From Vicugna vicugna (Eukaryota): DNA of 64,000 nucleotides. Numbering within the stretch: position 1 is the stretch's first letter; the number at the start of each line of letters is the position of its first letter. Positions 1-13,421 of the stretch are shown piece by piece. The position numbers and the translations under genes were made by a program. The stretch lies in assembly GCA_013265495.1 (NCBI GenBank), contig MU058213.1, positions 1,984,001 to 2,048,000 of the forward strand, in the 5' to 3' direction. The notes under the pieces are model-generated. The model was given only the letters and a program-made list of their open reading frames with translations, was not told the DNA's origin and ran no database searches.

Positions 1-1574
1 ACTGCCTGCTCTGAAAATGGCTTGTGAGCCCTTTAAATATTTTTCCTTTAACAGCTGGTGCAATGTTAATCTTTGTGGATAAAAGGTACTGGAAGGATCT
101 AGTAGCAGAAAGGGATTTTGGTCTTGGATCTGGTGTCCTCTATTGCAGCAGTGTGGGTGGCTTCTTCCCCAGCACCAGGCAGGCACTCTGCAGCGCACGT
201 CAGCCAGCAGCACCCAGTGGACAGCAGCTCCCCTTGACACACTCTTTGGATGATTTTGTAACAGAGTTCCCCCAGTATCTCCCTGTCAACAGCTTTCCCT
301 AGCACCTTGGGGGAATATTTCTGGCAATTTCCTCCAGGCCAAACCACAGCAGCTCCTCTACCCTCCAGTGACCACAGCCATAACCTCTCCGGCAAGGTCA
401 GGGTCTTAGCCCTGGGGGTGGGGAGGGCTGTTCCTTGGGCAGCCCATCTCAGCCCCAGGGTAAAGGTCACTCCTTAAATCTACTATTTCTATATTCTTTA
501 GAATTTTCTTTAGTTCTTACTAACCTATCCCTCATACTCAAATTCTTTATGATGGTTACTAATTTTTTTATGTTAAAATATATCTGTTCAAATTACTGTG
601 ACATTTTTCTCTTCTGATTAGATCCTGAATATACCAGGATAAATCACTTCTGATGACAAATGTTCCTTTAAATATATCCCTGAAATTACGGAATTTACAC
701 AACTTCAGAAATATACCTAAATTGTTAGGGAGCGTTGGTAGCAAGAACAGTAGTCACAATGTAACTAGTAACCTAGGAGGGAGGGCGGGACCGCAACCAG
801 ATCCAATGTGGGGTGCCTTTTCAACTCTAATAAGCTGTTTTTGGCAAGAGACAGAACAGTCAATGGTGCCTGATATTAAAGAAATACCAGAATCTGAAGG
901 CTTACAAAACTTCCAATTTCAGGGGATCTTTTGCTTTGCAAAGTGAATGAAACAATAATTAGATTTTTTTTTCTTTCTCCCTGTACCTCATCAAGAATAT
1001 GATTTAACTCACACCTGCCCTTCATTTGGATCAATCAGAACATGATAAGTAAAGATGTAGAGACACTATTTTGTAAAAAATACCACAAAATCTACCCCAA
1101 GTAAAAATCTCCATCGTATAAAATGCCTTCCATAAATATCTTCCATTTTTTTCTATTGCTTAGTTTTTAAAATATGAGTTTTTATACAATTTTACTTAAT
1201 CCTAAACTATACAATAGTACATTGGAGAATGGACACAGTGGTAAGAGAGCTTAAAGCAATTAACATCCTGACAAAAAGTGACGGAGAGATGGCACTGGCA
1301 AGCATCCGAAGCAGTTCTCACTGATCCAAAACTGCCTACTCCTCAAAAAGCCAGTGCACAGAAATGAGAAGCAGCCAAAATCTTCTTTGCAGAGCCCAGG
1401 TCCACACTGACAATATTTCCACTTGTATATCCTGCTTTCATCACTAGTTCAAACACCCCACGGAACACCTAATCACATTTTTTCAACTCCAGAACTCTCT
1501 CTGTGGCCCCCTATGTAACTGTGTGCCTAGCTGTTGTCCTTTCCACCTGCCAAGGCTGACAGCCTGGAGACATC

Positions 1575-1815
1575 ACTGCGTGGTGGGTAAGAGCAGACTC
1601 AGCACCAGTCTGCCCTGCACTTGAATCCTGGTTTTATCCTTACTTGTTTTGTGGTCTTGAGCAAGTCATTTTACATTTCTGTGCCTCAGTTTCCTCACCT
1701 GTGCAATAGGAATATTAATATCTTCTACCTCACAGGGTTACTATGAGGATTAGATTGAGTAAATATGTAAAAAGGAAAAGGCTTACAAGGTTCTGGCACA
1801 GAGTGAGTGCTGTGC
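1575..1815. mobile_element. MIR SINE (representative; similar remnants near 13300, 23000-23430, 27650-27950, 31680-32060, 33370-33990, 49050-49200, 56500-56600, 57350-57460 and 59720-60080)
   Basis: MIR core ttgagcaagtcattttacatttctgtgcctcagtttcctcacctgtgcaatagg. Confidence 0.8.
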
Positions 1816-2699
1816 TATGACAGCCCTCCTCTGACATGCAGCGGGGTCTCACTCAGCCCCTTGTAGGCAGTTTAACAAACCTCCCCGGCTCCATGGCACT
1901 GGGATCCGCCTGACAACAGGCCTGAGCTCATTGGACATAAGATCAGTGTGGTCCCCTGTGTCCTGCTTGAGCCTGGAAACTCCTCAGTCAGCTTTGCCTC
2001 TCAGGGTAAGTTATAATCAACATCAGGGTAGGATTATATATTTGCCTTATTTTTTAATCCTCCTCAGTAAACCAGACTGGAGTCTGGCATAAATTAAAGG
2101 CTAGATAAATACTTCTTAATGGATTATATGACATCCACAACCTGGCTAATGATTTTTCTCTGTGGCTGCACTTGGGATTAAATCCAAACTCCTTGACCCA
2201 CAAGTCATATTCTCACCCCTGCTTCCTCCCATGTCATCCTGCCCTTGCTCACAAATTAGATCCTTTAAAAAAAAAAAAAAGATCTTTGAAAATAAACTTT
2301 GCTGTTAGCTCCAACTCTCTCCATAACTTAACTTAAAATCTCACCTCCTCAGGGAGGCCTTTCTAAATTCTCCTCTCACGCATTGTTTTCTATCTCAGTT
2401 TCTTTATTTTGCAGAACTTAACATATGTGTAATGGGTATATTTTATTTGTGTGCTTAAATTCAGGGCTGTCTCCATACTGGATGCTAAATTCTTTTTGGC
2501 AAGTATGTATTCTATGAGCTTGGTACAAAGCAGGGCTCAATATATGCCCACTGAATGAATAAACTAAATTTTACTCTTTCCTAGTATCAGTGGAAGGAGG
2601 TGGCTATGAAGGCATCAGAGCATACCAAGGTCTCAGTGTCACAGAAGAAAACAATCAAATTATACCCATTATAAACTTCAACCCTAGAGCCCAGGAGGG

Positions 2700-3150
2700 G
2701 CCAACACTGGGAAAAGCAGCATTCACATGCCTGATGCCTGTCCCAGGTCTGAGCAGTGAGGCCAGGTCCTTCCTGATGTCTCAAGAATCTGGAATTGGAA
2801 ACACAATTAAGCCTCTGAATATGATATTTTAACTTGACCTGTGGATTAGCCATTTCTTGCCCCAAAGACTGAGGAGCAGAATATTCTAGTCTATACAAAG
2901 AAAGGAGGGAGAGGTAGATATGGGGAAGGAGGGAAAGAGAAGGAAAGAGATGGGGGGCAGGGAGAAAGGGAGGAAGAGAAGGAGGGGGAGGGAGAGAAAT
3001 TGAGATAGATTAGACTTTCTAGTTGTGGTTAGTCCCTTCCTAAGAAATACTGTCCCTGACGTCTCTATAAGACACCCTTAAATCCTTACAATAAATACCT
3101 CTTTCTGGTAAAACCAACTTAACTTTGCTTCTACTGCTTGCTAGCTACCT
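2700..3150 (+). mobile_element. Ancient MaLR-like LTR remnant with an internal purine-rich tract
   Basis: aataaatacctctttct...gcttctactgcttgc resembles an MLT1 3' end; GA-rich tract at about 2898-3000. Confidence 0.4.
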
Positions 3151-6100
3151 AAACAGCCCTAATAAAGAGGGCGCAGATGAGCTGATTCTGTTGTTGTAAA
3201 GGCCAAGTTGGAGAACATCCAAACAGACGTGCAAAGTTAACATGTACAGTTCCAGGCAGTGATCAGAGCAGAGACACAAAGGCTTAATCATTATCAGCAG
3301 ATGAGTGAGGATTAAATCCCAATGAAAGAATGTTGTCTTCAAGAGAGTTTGGAGTGTGATGTGTCAAGAGACCAGCACAAAACCTTTAGCAGTTGCTGCA
3401 CATAAAGAGGAAAGAAAAAGAGGAAAATTCAGAAACTGCTGTAAATTAGTATGTTGCTGAAATACAGCCATATTTAAAATGCATTGGGATTGTCAATATT
3501 TATAGGGCTTCTTTAGTTTTTGTTTTGTTTTTAAATAGGGCAAATAATCACATTGTAATGTGCCTGTTATGACATCTGATTTTTGAAGTATCAAGCTATT
3601 TTAAAGCAAAATGTGCACAACAAAGGATGCTGCCTTCAATTGTGGTAGATAAACAAGGCAGAGGGTGAACAGCATGCATTTAGGTGATAAAATAGTCCTT
3701 ATGATGTCACAGACTTGGATGTCTACATAAAGAAAGGGAAGAAGGAGTAGTTATATTCTACACTTTGATTCCCTTCCAAACAGCCAGAATTTGCTCCCTT
3801 GATTTTATTTCTCTTGCAATCTGAGCATATTTTAAATATTTGCTGTCTTCTAAAACATTTTTTCAACCCCCACTAATAATTTGCTTTGCAAAATCAACAA
3901 AATTATTACAGCCTGCTGTCAATTAATGAATAGCTTTAAATTACATATTTAAAAGCCCCAGCCAGAAAAAAAAAAAAAGCCCCAGCCAGCCAAACTATGT
4001 TCTACAATTTAACAATTAGGTCAACTAAGTCTGTGGGAAAAGCAATAGCTATTATCTCAAAATGGACAGAAATGGTAAAAACAGAAATCATAGTCACTTG
4101 ATAAATACATCTGCGAACAGTGAAAAAATTAAGATTCAAAAACAATACTCAGATGGGTTAACTTTTTTATCATATTGTACAGAAACATTTCATTTACTTA
4201 AAAATTATAGGTAAATAAATTGGAGACAGTAATTGACTTATTATCAGTCGTGGTGCTTTTCCTCAGAAGAACACTATAGAAATAGCATTACTACAGAAAT
4301 AAAAAATCCTCCCAGCCCACTAAAATCACCCCTATTGTAAAACAACAAATTTTAAACAATTTGTTTAACCAAAAATTTTTTTTCAATTAAACATTGTGCT
4401 TATTATGGGATTGTGAAAAGCTTGGAATTTGGTAAATAATTCCTATTATGTGATTAGTAATGAATACAGATTGTACTTATTTGAATAAAGCTTAACAGTG
4501 AGAACATGTGCGTGGACACATTGTAGAGACAGGCTTTTTTTCTACATCAGGCAGGAATTTTCAAACTGAATCCACCACAATATTGGGCAATGATTAAGAG
4601 GACGGTTATATTTCAAATTTACTCTCTCTAAAAGAGAACAGCCAAAATAATGTCCTCACTACCGAATTTTGTAGTCAAATTAACAAAACCTGGCTTCAAC
4701 AAAACAGCTTATTGACAGCTGTAATCAAATTCTGTGTATCAAAGAATTTGACCACTGGGACTATTGGAAGGTTTATCACTTATCTTCAGTTAACGTGAAG
4801 TTCACTGCCTTGCTCATAAAAGTGTATGGAGATCGACCTGGTGCCCCCTTCCTAACAAAACCATTTCACAGTTACTGCATCTTACTCTAGAAAACGTATA
4901 ACTGATGGGGGTTCTGACCAGGGACCGGGAACCCCAGAGGTGTCAAACTTAGCAAAATAGAAAATAATGGAAGGGTGCGGATACGGAATGCATCTGAAAG
5001 CATTAAATTAGGCTTAAAGTCATGTACTTTCATTCCTAAATGTATTTGAATATAATAAATTCAGCTGTAAAATAGATTACTGGGGATGTGGCTCATTTAG
5101 CTCTATATAAAAGCCCTAATATGATAAACACACAGTTGTCTTCACGTCAGTCTTCTAATACCTTAAGGGTGTATAGAATACATTTTTACAAAGTCTCTGA
5201 CCACCACGACCTTAACCCCAGCTCTGCCACTGCCTCCAGCACATTCAGAGCAACACTGGGATTTATCAGCTGGGCCACACTGAACCCTCACATCTAATTC
5301 TGACTGTTGACTCCCAGAAAAACAGAATAAAGGAGTGGGGGTGGGGTGAGAACATAAATCAGAATACATCTAGAGTTAAAGTTGCTTAGATGTATAAGAA
5401 TTCCAAACAATGCATTTGTTTAAAAAACATTTTAAACTAGGGCTTTCTTGATAAAGCTTTTATTTATTAAATATTCCTTCTTCTTAAACATGTGCTAACA
5501 CCATAGAATCTGCTATGACTAAATTTTAATTTTTAACCTCATTCTAAGACTTAATATAATTTAAAACCAATTTTAGAGGTGATTGTTTATGGAAAACTAT
5601 TTCTACTTTATGATGTAAAAATATATTTAATTAAGTTTAAAATTACCTATTACATACAAAACATTACAATTGTACTGCTTCTAAATATTGCAAAATGGCA
5701 TTCACTCTGTATTGTTAGAATTTTTTACACTGGGCATGCTTATTTTTTAATCTTAAAATATTTCAAAAATAGATTTTTTCCCCTCATTTTCTTGGTTGAA
5801 GGTTAAGTTACTTAAGAAATACAATATCCTTAAAGAGATGATGCTATCATTTATCCACCCCTATTGTCAAATAATTTAATTAGGTGAATATCTTGCTGAG
5901 TTGATCTGGAATTTTACCTGAAAAAAGAAGAGTGTTGAATAAGTAAAAATTGGGATACAGTCTCCTGAATAAGGTGCTAGATGAGGGGTAAAATCATGTG
6001 GAAAGTCACTTTTTTGCTGGGGTGATACAGTGGTCATAGGAGGTCAAAAACATTTTAATTGTAATCAATTTCCCCTTGGTACATGACAGTGGTTTCCTTT

Positions 6101-6330
6101 AGGTGATACTGGGTGACCAGTGCTCTATCAGGCATGTCAGAGTCAGATCTGAAAGCACCAGGGCTCAGTGTACCTTCATTATTCCTGGAGCCCAGCACCA
6201 TTTGTGCAATTTCATACCATGCTTCTGTACCCAGTTACCCAAAAAAGTTCTCCTATCTGTTCACTCTTCTGTTCCATGGGTTCATTTACCCATGAGAACC
6301 CCCACAAACTATCCTACCTGATCACCAATA

Positions 6331-6940
6331 TGATAGATAGGCAGAATTCTACAAATAATCTCCATTAACTCTCATTCTTATGATTCCTTCCCATATGGGT
6401 ATGATGATAGCACTTCAGTGATTATATTGTTACATGGCAAAAAGTGACATTGCAGATGTGATGAAGGTTTCTAATTTACTGACCTTATTAAAATAGGGAG
6501 ATTACTTTGGTGGGCCAGGCCTTATTAGCAAGAGTTTTCTCCAGCTGGTGGAAGAGGAGGATGTCAGAAAGATTTAAAGTATAAGAATGCACAGTGTCAT
6601 TGCTGGCTTTGAAGATGGAGGAAGCCATGTCAAGGATCAGAGAGTGGCCTCTAGGAGCCGAGAGTGACAGCTGGCCAAGAGCCAAAGGACCTCAAACCTA
6701 CAACCATAAACTAAATTCTGCCAAGGACTGAATGAACTTGGAATTGAATTCTTCCCCAAAGCCTCCAGTTAAGAGCCCAATTGGCTGAACCTTGAATTCA
6801 ATCTTTTGAGACCCCAAGCAGATATATTAGCTGAGCTCACCTGGACTTCTTATTCACCGAAATGTGAGTTAACAAATGGGTGTTGTTTTAAGTTGCTAAA
6901 TTTGTGGTGATTTGTTACGCAGCAATAGGAAACTAATACA
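6331..6940 (+). mobile_element. MaLR solo LTR (MLT1E-like)
   Basis: taggcagaattct start, gctggctttgaagatggagga core, tttgttacgcagcaataggaaactaataca end. Confidence 0.85.
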
Positions 6941-8172
6941 GCCAGGATTTGCAGCAGAACTTTTACTTTGGACCACAGATTTAGACCTCAAGTTCATTGT
7001 TGTTGTTGTTTTTCACTATTTTATAAGTCAAAGTCCTGCTTTTTATGCAAAATAAGTAACTAAATACATAAATGCATAAAGTAATAAAAACAAATAAATG
7101 TGAAGGCTGGATAGACATTTCATACTTCTTAATAACCCACTTCTACCTTCATGTTCCAAGTATTAGGAACCATGAAGAGATTCATTAGATAGCTGGGATT
7201 AAACAACAATATACCACATCAAAAATGTCTTTTAAAACACTCAGTTATTTCAGAAGGAATTATATGTAAGGTGTATTTTTTCTCCTCCTTCTGTTTATCA
7301 TCATCATCAAAATTGTCATTAGCTACTATTCATTGAGCATATTTTAAGCTTTGCTTAGCACTTAATACACATCTTATTTAATTCTTAATGCAGGAAGGTA
7401 CAAAAAAAAACTGAGGTTGAGAAAGGATGAGTTTCAGGGTATTTGTGTGTCCTGTGGTCAAGGAAGTGGTTAGGGAAAGTATTTTGACTAAAAGCTAGAA
7501 AAGGGCAAGAAGAATGCCAGGCAGTGGAGAGTTATGTTTCCACCACAGACCATGAGGACTGGCATGTTCAGGGCTAAGTTTACAGTGAATAATGTTTGGC
7601 TGGCAATAAGGAGAAGAAAATTGGAGAAAGTGTTTTTCTGGCAAGGTAATCAGGAAAATTTTCAACAGTTCACGTAAAAGATGATGAAGATTCCAATCCA
7701 TCTAGCCCGAATGTACTTTATTTTAAAATGTTTTTGGTGATTCTGAAGCATATTATATAATTCCATGGTCTACTGGAGGCTTACAAAGTAAATACAGAAC
7801 ATAGTTTATCTTTCAAATGATCAAAGTTCATCAGTAGGCACTGTTGACAGTACTGAGGTTAAGAAGCAGTAATGCCCTCTGAAATTATTGATTAGGACTT
7901 TCATGGAATGGCTGCTTAGTTTCCTTATATAGCCAGTAGTCTTTGGTGGGTTCATAACTCTATAGAACCATTACCTTTTTTTTATTCATTAGTCAGAGCA
8001 TTTTATCCTACTCTTCTCACCACCGTCTCTGTTTCTGTAGTTGATAATCTGCTGCCATTTCCTCTAGGTGGTTTGTATATAGTTGCATATATGTGAAACC
8101 ATGGAAGGAATCTTACAGAATATCTAGGTTTCCTGGCATCAACCATTGTCCCACCCAGTTCTGATTGAGAAA

Positions 8173-8569
8173 ACAATAGTGGAACGTTATTCAGCCTTAA
8201 AAAGAGAGGATGTTCTGACACATGCTACAACGTGGATGAACCTTGGGGACACTGTGCTAAATGAAAATAAGCCAGCCACAAAAGGACACATATTGTGTGA
8301 TTCCATTTACATGAGGTACTTACAGTAGCCAAATTCAAATTCACAGAGACAGAAAGTAGAATGGTGGCTGCCAAGGGCTGAGGGGAAGGGAGCATGGGGG
8401 CTTATTTTTTAATAGGTACAGAGTTTCCTTTTCAGAAGATGAAAATGTTTCCATGATGGTGGTGATGGTTGTGCAGTGATGTAAATGTACTTAATGCCCC
8501 TGAACTGTGCACTTAAAAATAGTTAAAATGGTAAAATTTATATAATATATATTTTATCACATACAAAAG
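8173..8569 (+). mobile_element. LINE-1 (L1MB-like) 3' end
   Basis: YSALKREDVLTHATTWMNLGDTVLNE ORF2 C-terminus and gcacttaaaaatagttaaaatggtaaaattt terminus. Confidence 0.85.
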
Positions 8570-9260
8570 AGCACCTGTGTTAGTAAGACAGCCCAAGAAA
8601 AACACAAACAAAAAGAGAAGTACACTGAAAACAAACTCAGGAAATAATAGAGAGAGGACATGCAGAAGTAGGACTACCTGAGAGAGAGGGGCTATTGGCC
8701 ATCAGGAGAAGGTAATGTCATGTGAGGCTGAGGGTGGAGAGGGAGAGATGAGAACATTAATGACAGAGTGCAGACAAGTCAAGTACCTGACATCCAGAGA
8801 ATGATTTCAAAACTTCTTAGATTTTAAATTGTTGCTAGGAGAATGTGGGTCTGTATTCAGAATAATTGATAGCTAGGAGGCCAGAACTAACAAAAAAGAT
8901 ATTCTCCGAGATAAGTTGGTAGGATGCTTAGTTTTCTATAGTACAGGATTTCAGATCATGCGTTTGACCTCTCCTTATATGTATTCAGGTAATCTAAGTC
9001 ATCTAGATCCAAACTCTCAGTTTTGCTGATTGTTTCATTTATGTGATTAGAATATAATGTATTAAAGATTCTTCTAAATCCAGTATTTAAAGAAAGCACA
9101 ACTTGCTTTATAAAATCATTGAAGAAGAATAGTTTTGTTAACAGACCAAGCTTGGGAAAACAATCATTGTTGTAAAAAATGAAGATAAGAACTTAAAAAA
9201 AAAAATAGACATAACATGTAAAAAAACAGGACAAATCATGGATTAAAAGTAAACTGTTTT

Positions 9261-9415
9261 GGAGGGAGGATATATAGCTCAGGGGTGGTGTGCGTGCTTA
9301 GCTTGCACAAGGTCCTGGGTTCAATCCGCAGTACTTACATCAAAAATAAATAAATAAGTAAACTTAATTACCTCCCCCAAAACAAAACAAATAAATAAAA
9401 ACAATAATTTTTTTA
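9261..9415 (+). mobile_element. Camelid tRNA-derived SINE (Vic-1-like)
   Basis: tRNA-like head with A box (tagctcagg) and B box (ggttcaatcc), then an aaataaataaataa...taattacctccccc tail and A-rich end; degenerate TSD taaactgtttt / taaattgtttt. Confidence 0.85.
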
Positions 9416-11412
9416 AGAACTAAATTGTTTTGTCAAAACTTCTCATTCCAATTCTTTCCCTGGAATCTCAACCCATAAATATTCTCAATTTTGAACTATC
9501 AGCATAAAGTACAATTCATTTGATTAACGTTACAAAAACAACTTGCTATCCACTCAAACAACGCACAAACTATAAGGAGACATCCTGTGTCCCTCAGTGG
9601 AGCTTCTGTTGATCTGATGCTTCCATGTGGCTGAAACAAGTCCCTTGTCTTCTTAGCATTTGGGCCGAGAGTGGAAGGGAATACACCAGCACTCGAATGT
9701 GAAAGGTACTGGGAAGGATAATGGGCCAATCCTGGCTCAGGACTTTTGATAAGGCTGAGATTAGCAACCAACATTTTTCTGAATCATGCGAGAAAAAAAT
9801 CTGACAACATTCCCACAGTCAAATTTCCTGCTCACCACCCAAGCCAAGGACTTGACCTTTGGATTTTTTAGCTGATTCATCCCTAGAAACAAAAAAGATC
9901 TTTCCCATCAATTACTAACAAATAAATTAATGGAAGAAGTTGGATATTATTGATACCCTCAGATGAATGCATCAGGTACATTCAATATCCTTTATCTCTC
10001 AGCCAAATCAGAAAACCTACTTTCCCAGAGAATAACAATCATTACAGTCCACTGAGTCCTGCTTTTCCAATCGTTTCTGTGGCAGCTGGCTACTGCGAAG
10101 TTGCTAGGGAATTGAAAGGAGGCAGCATGAGGAGGGGCAGATGGCTCCTTTGGGTTTATTTCGCCAAACATGGCAGCTGTGAAACCCACTAACGTTCCAA
10201 GTGTTCATATCAAACGCTCACAAAAGGGGCCAAGTTCAGGATGAGCCACAGAGTAGCCTGCCTGATGTGCTCCTGTTTCTGCTGCTGTAGATTAAGCCCC
10301 CAAGAACATTAAATGCAGATCTGTAACTAACATATCCAGCCAGCACTTGATCCAGAATGTTTTCAGACTGCAGGAGTAAGCTAAAACTGATTATTGCTAG
10401 TATTTTCTTTACTAAAGTAAACCCCAGGAAGATAGCAGCTGACAAGGGAAACTTTAAAGGTAGTGAAGAGTGGCACTTAATTGGTAAAAGTAACTTTAAG
10501 AGCAAAAAGTATTTATTTTTATCATTAGAATGAGACTATATTGATTTTAATATTTGTTTTTGAGCATGCAAAATGCTCCAAAGACAACCTACAAATACCA
10601 CAATAATATGACTATAAATTAAGATGCCAGGAGCTTAAAAAAAAGGTGGAGTTGAATAATACCTTAATTAAATGTATACACACACACACACCTGTGTATG
10701 TGTTTGATCAGATAAAAATTAATCATACAATGTAGAATTTTAAAAATAAGCCTAGGGTATCTAAAAACAATATGGAGCCATGTTCACATAAAGTAAAATT
10801 CTGTAATGAAATGTAGATAATTGTTCAAATGTTTATAATTAATAAGGATTGAGAAAGAAGCAAATCCAATTTTGGGAAAAAAATAACTTGTGTTTCTTTT
10901 GTTAATAGTTTTTCAATGTGATATCTTGATTTTAAAGAGCACAGCAGAAACTACCTCATGAAGATGATTTTTTTCCTTGAAGTTTTCTACATCCTTCAAA
11001 TTTCTTTACTTTGAAAGTTTGTAAAATTATAAAATAAATGAAGATTTACATAATTTCACCGAAGTAGAGGTTCATGTTCACTAGATAGAATTATAGAAGG
11101 TTTCAGTGGTGGAGGGAGGGTGGCAATACATTCACAGGTGTGTGTGTGTCCACACACATGTAAAGGTATCTACTGAGGCTTTATATGAAAGTAAGAAAAA
11201 TATACAATGAGACTCATATGCCTCTCTTCCGTGATGCGCTGTTAATTGTTGGATTTAATTTGGTTTAAAATAGATGAAACTCTTTACTATTATTGTATTT
11301 TGGCTCTGGTATTTTTTGTTTTAAAAAAGCAGATACCAACTTACACTTCCCAACTGTGCTGTGGCCATTGAGTAATTCTGATGCACCACACATTAGAAAT
11401 CATTTAGCCTAA

Positions 11413-11835
11413 CAAGGCGTTCTTAACCATTTTTATGCCATGAAACCCTTTATCAGTGGGGAAGCCAATGGAGCCTTTTTCATAATCAATGTTTTAAAAT
11501 GTTATAAATAAAATACATAGGATCATAAAGGATATCAATTATATTGAGATATAATCATCAAAATATTTGAAAAACAAACTTACATGCTTCTTTATTAACG
11601 TATCAAATAGCAAGTACTAGTGGTAAGCCTAAAAGTTTACAACACTTGTAAATGATACTTTGAGATATTGGTAATGATTGTAACGTGATATGAAAATTAT
11701 CTTTGATGGCTGTTGTTGACAAAGTCATAGGTATTACTAATATCACTGTGAAGTGTTTCCTACATTCAAAATGGAAAGAAATACTTGATTTCATTTAAGG
11801 TTCACAAACCCTTTAAAAATGGATTTGTGGATCCA
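11413..11835 (+). mobile_element. hAT-Charlie DNA transposon fossil (MER119-like)
   Basis: gttcttaaccatttttatgccatg...aaatacataggat...gacaaagtcataggtattactaata match the recalled MER119 consensus. Confidence 0.78.
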
Positions 11836-12100
11836 CTGAAAGGAAATGGTTTTCTAAAGTCCCCCATTATACCTCCCAGGGTGTTATATTAATAATGAAA
11901 GTAATGAGCTAATAACTGGATAATACCTTATGAAACACTTTCACAATACAAAGTAAATATAAGCATGTCTCTATATAGGTTAATATGGAAAAGAAAAAAC
12001 ATTAAAAGTATGCCGCCCATTAATGATTATCAACAAATGTTGAATTTCTATTACTTTTAAAAAGGTTTCCTTTATACTTTCTGTATTTCTGTACTTTCTC

Positions 12101-13122
12101 TTTTTATTTAAGTGAAATTGACATAACATAAAATGAACCATTTCAGAGGGTACAATTCAGTGGCATTTAGTGCATTCACAATGTTGTGCAATCACCAATT
12201 CTCTCTAGTTTCAAATTTTTTTCCATCACCCTAAAGAATACCCTATACCTATTAAGTAATCATTCTCCATCTCCTGATAACCATTAATCTACTTTCTATC
12301 TCTATAGATTTGCTTATTCTGGAAACATCATATGGAAGGAATCACAAAATATGCAATATTTTGTGCCTGGCGTCTTTCACTTAGCATAATGCTTCTGAGG
12401 TTCATCCAAGCTGTAGTGTGTATCAGTACTTCATTCTTAGGCTGGAATAATAATTTCACTGTATGTATATAGCACAATTTGTTCATCCATTCATGTATTG
12501 TTGAATGTTGGGTTATTTCCACCTTTGGGATACTGTAAATAATGCTGCTATGAACATTCATGTATAAGTTTCTGTGTGGATATATGTTCTCATTTCTCTG
12601 GGTCTATATATAGAAGAGAAATTTCTGGTTCATATGGTATTTCTGTTTACTTTTCTGAAAGAATGCCTAGCTGTTTTCTACAGTGGCTGCACCATTTTAT
12701 ACTCCTGCTGGCATCTCCAAGGGTTCCTGTTTCTCTGCATCCCAGGCAAACTTGTCATTTTCCATTTTTTTATTATAAGCATCCTAGTGAATGTGATTTT
12801 GATACACATTTCCCAGATGGCTAATGATGTTGATCATTTTTCATGTGCTTGTTGGCCATTTGCATTTCTTATTTGAAGGAAAATCTGCTCAAGTCTTTGT
12901 CCTTTTAAAAATTGGGTTGTTTGTCTTTTTCTTATGCTGTAAGAGTTCTTTATACATTCTAGATATAAAAAATTTATAAGATATATAATTCAGAAATAAC
13001 TTTTCCCATTCTGTAGGCTGCCTTTTCACACTCTTGATAATGTCTTTTGATGCACAAAGGTTTTTAATTCTTACAAAGTCCCATCTATTTTTCTTCTGTT
13101 GCTCTGGTTTCTTTTTCTTTTG
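12101..13122 (-). mobile_element. Older LINE-1 (L1MB-like) 3' portion
   Basis: Antisense L1MB-type 3' end (gtacaattcagtggcatttag) and ORF2 C-terminal fragments (KRQPTEWEKLF; WMNLRSIMLSER). Confidence 0.85.
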
Positions 13123-13136
13123 GAGCAACTATGTAA

Positions 13137-13203
13137 TATATATATACACACACATACATACACACACACACACACACATATACACATATATATACATGCA
13201 TAT
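13137..13203. repeat. Compound (TA)n/(CA)n microsatellite
   Basis: tatatatatacacacacatacatacacacacacacacacacatata. Confidence 0.9.
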
Positions 13204-13421
13204 GTAGTTAACTAATACAAATAAAGCCAATATTCTCACATATAGTGACTTATCACATCTCTTCTGCAACACTGTATTAAGTATCATCATCATCACCATG
13301 AGGAAACTAAGCCCAGATTAATCTGTGATTTGCCAAGAAGTGCACAAATTAACAGTGGCAGAATTTGTACACTATTATGTACAATAATACATAATACAGA
13401 AAAGAATTTATACACTATTAT

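Noticed and set aside
24..470. Overlapping 92-aa and 123-aa ORFs in a GC-richer patch
   Set aside because: No similarity I recognise and no convincing splice context.
9261..9340. tRNA gene
   Set aside because: A and B boxes are present but the stems are degenerate, and a SINE tail and TSD flank it; it is a tRNA-derived SINE.
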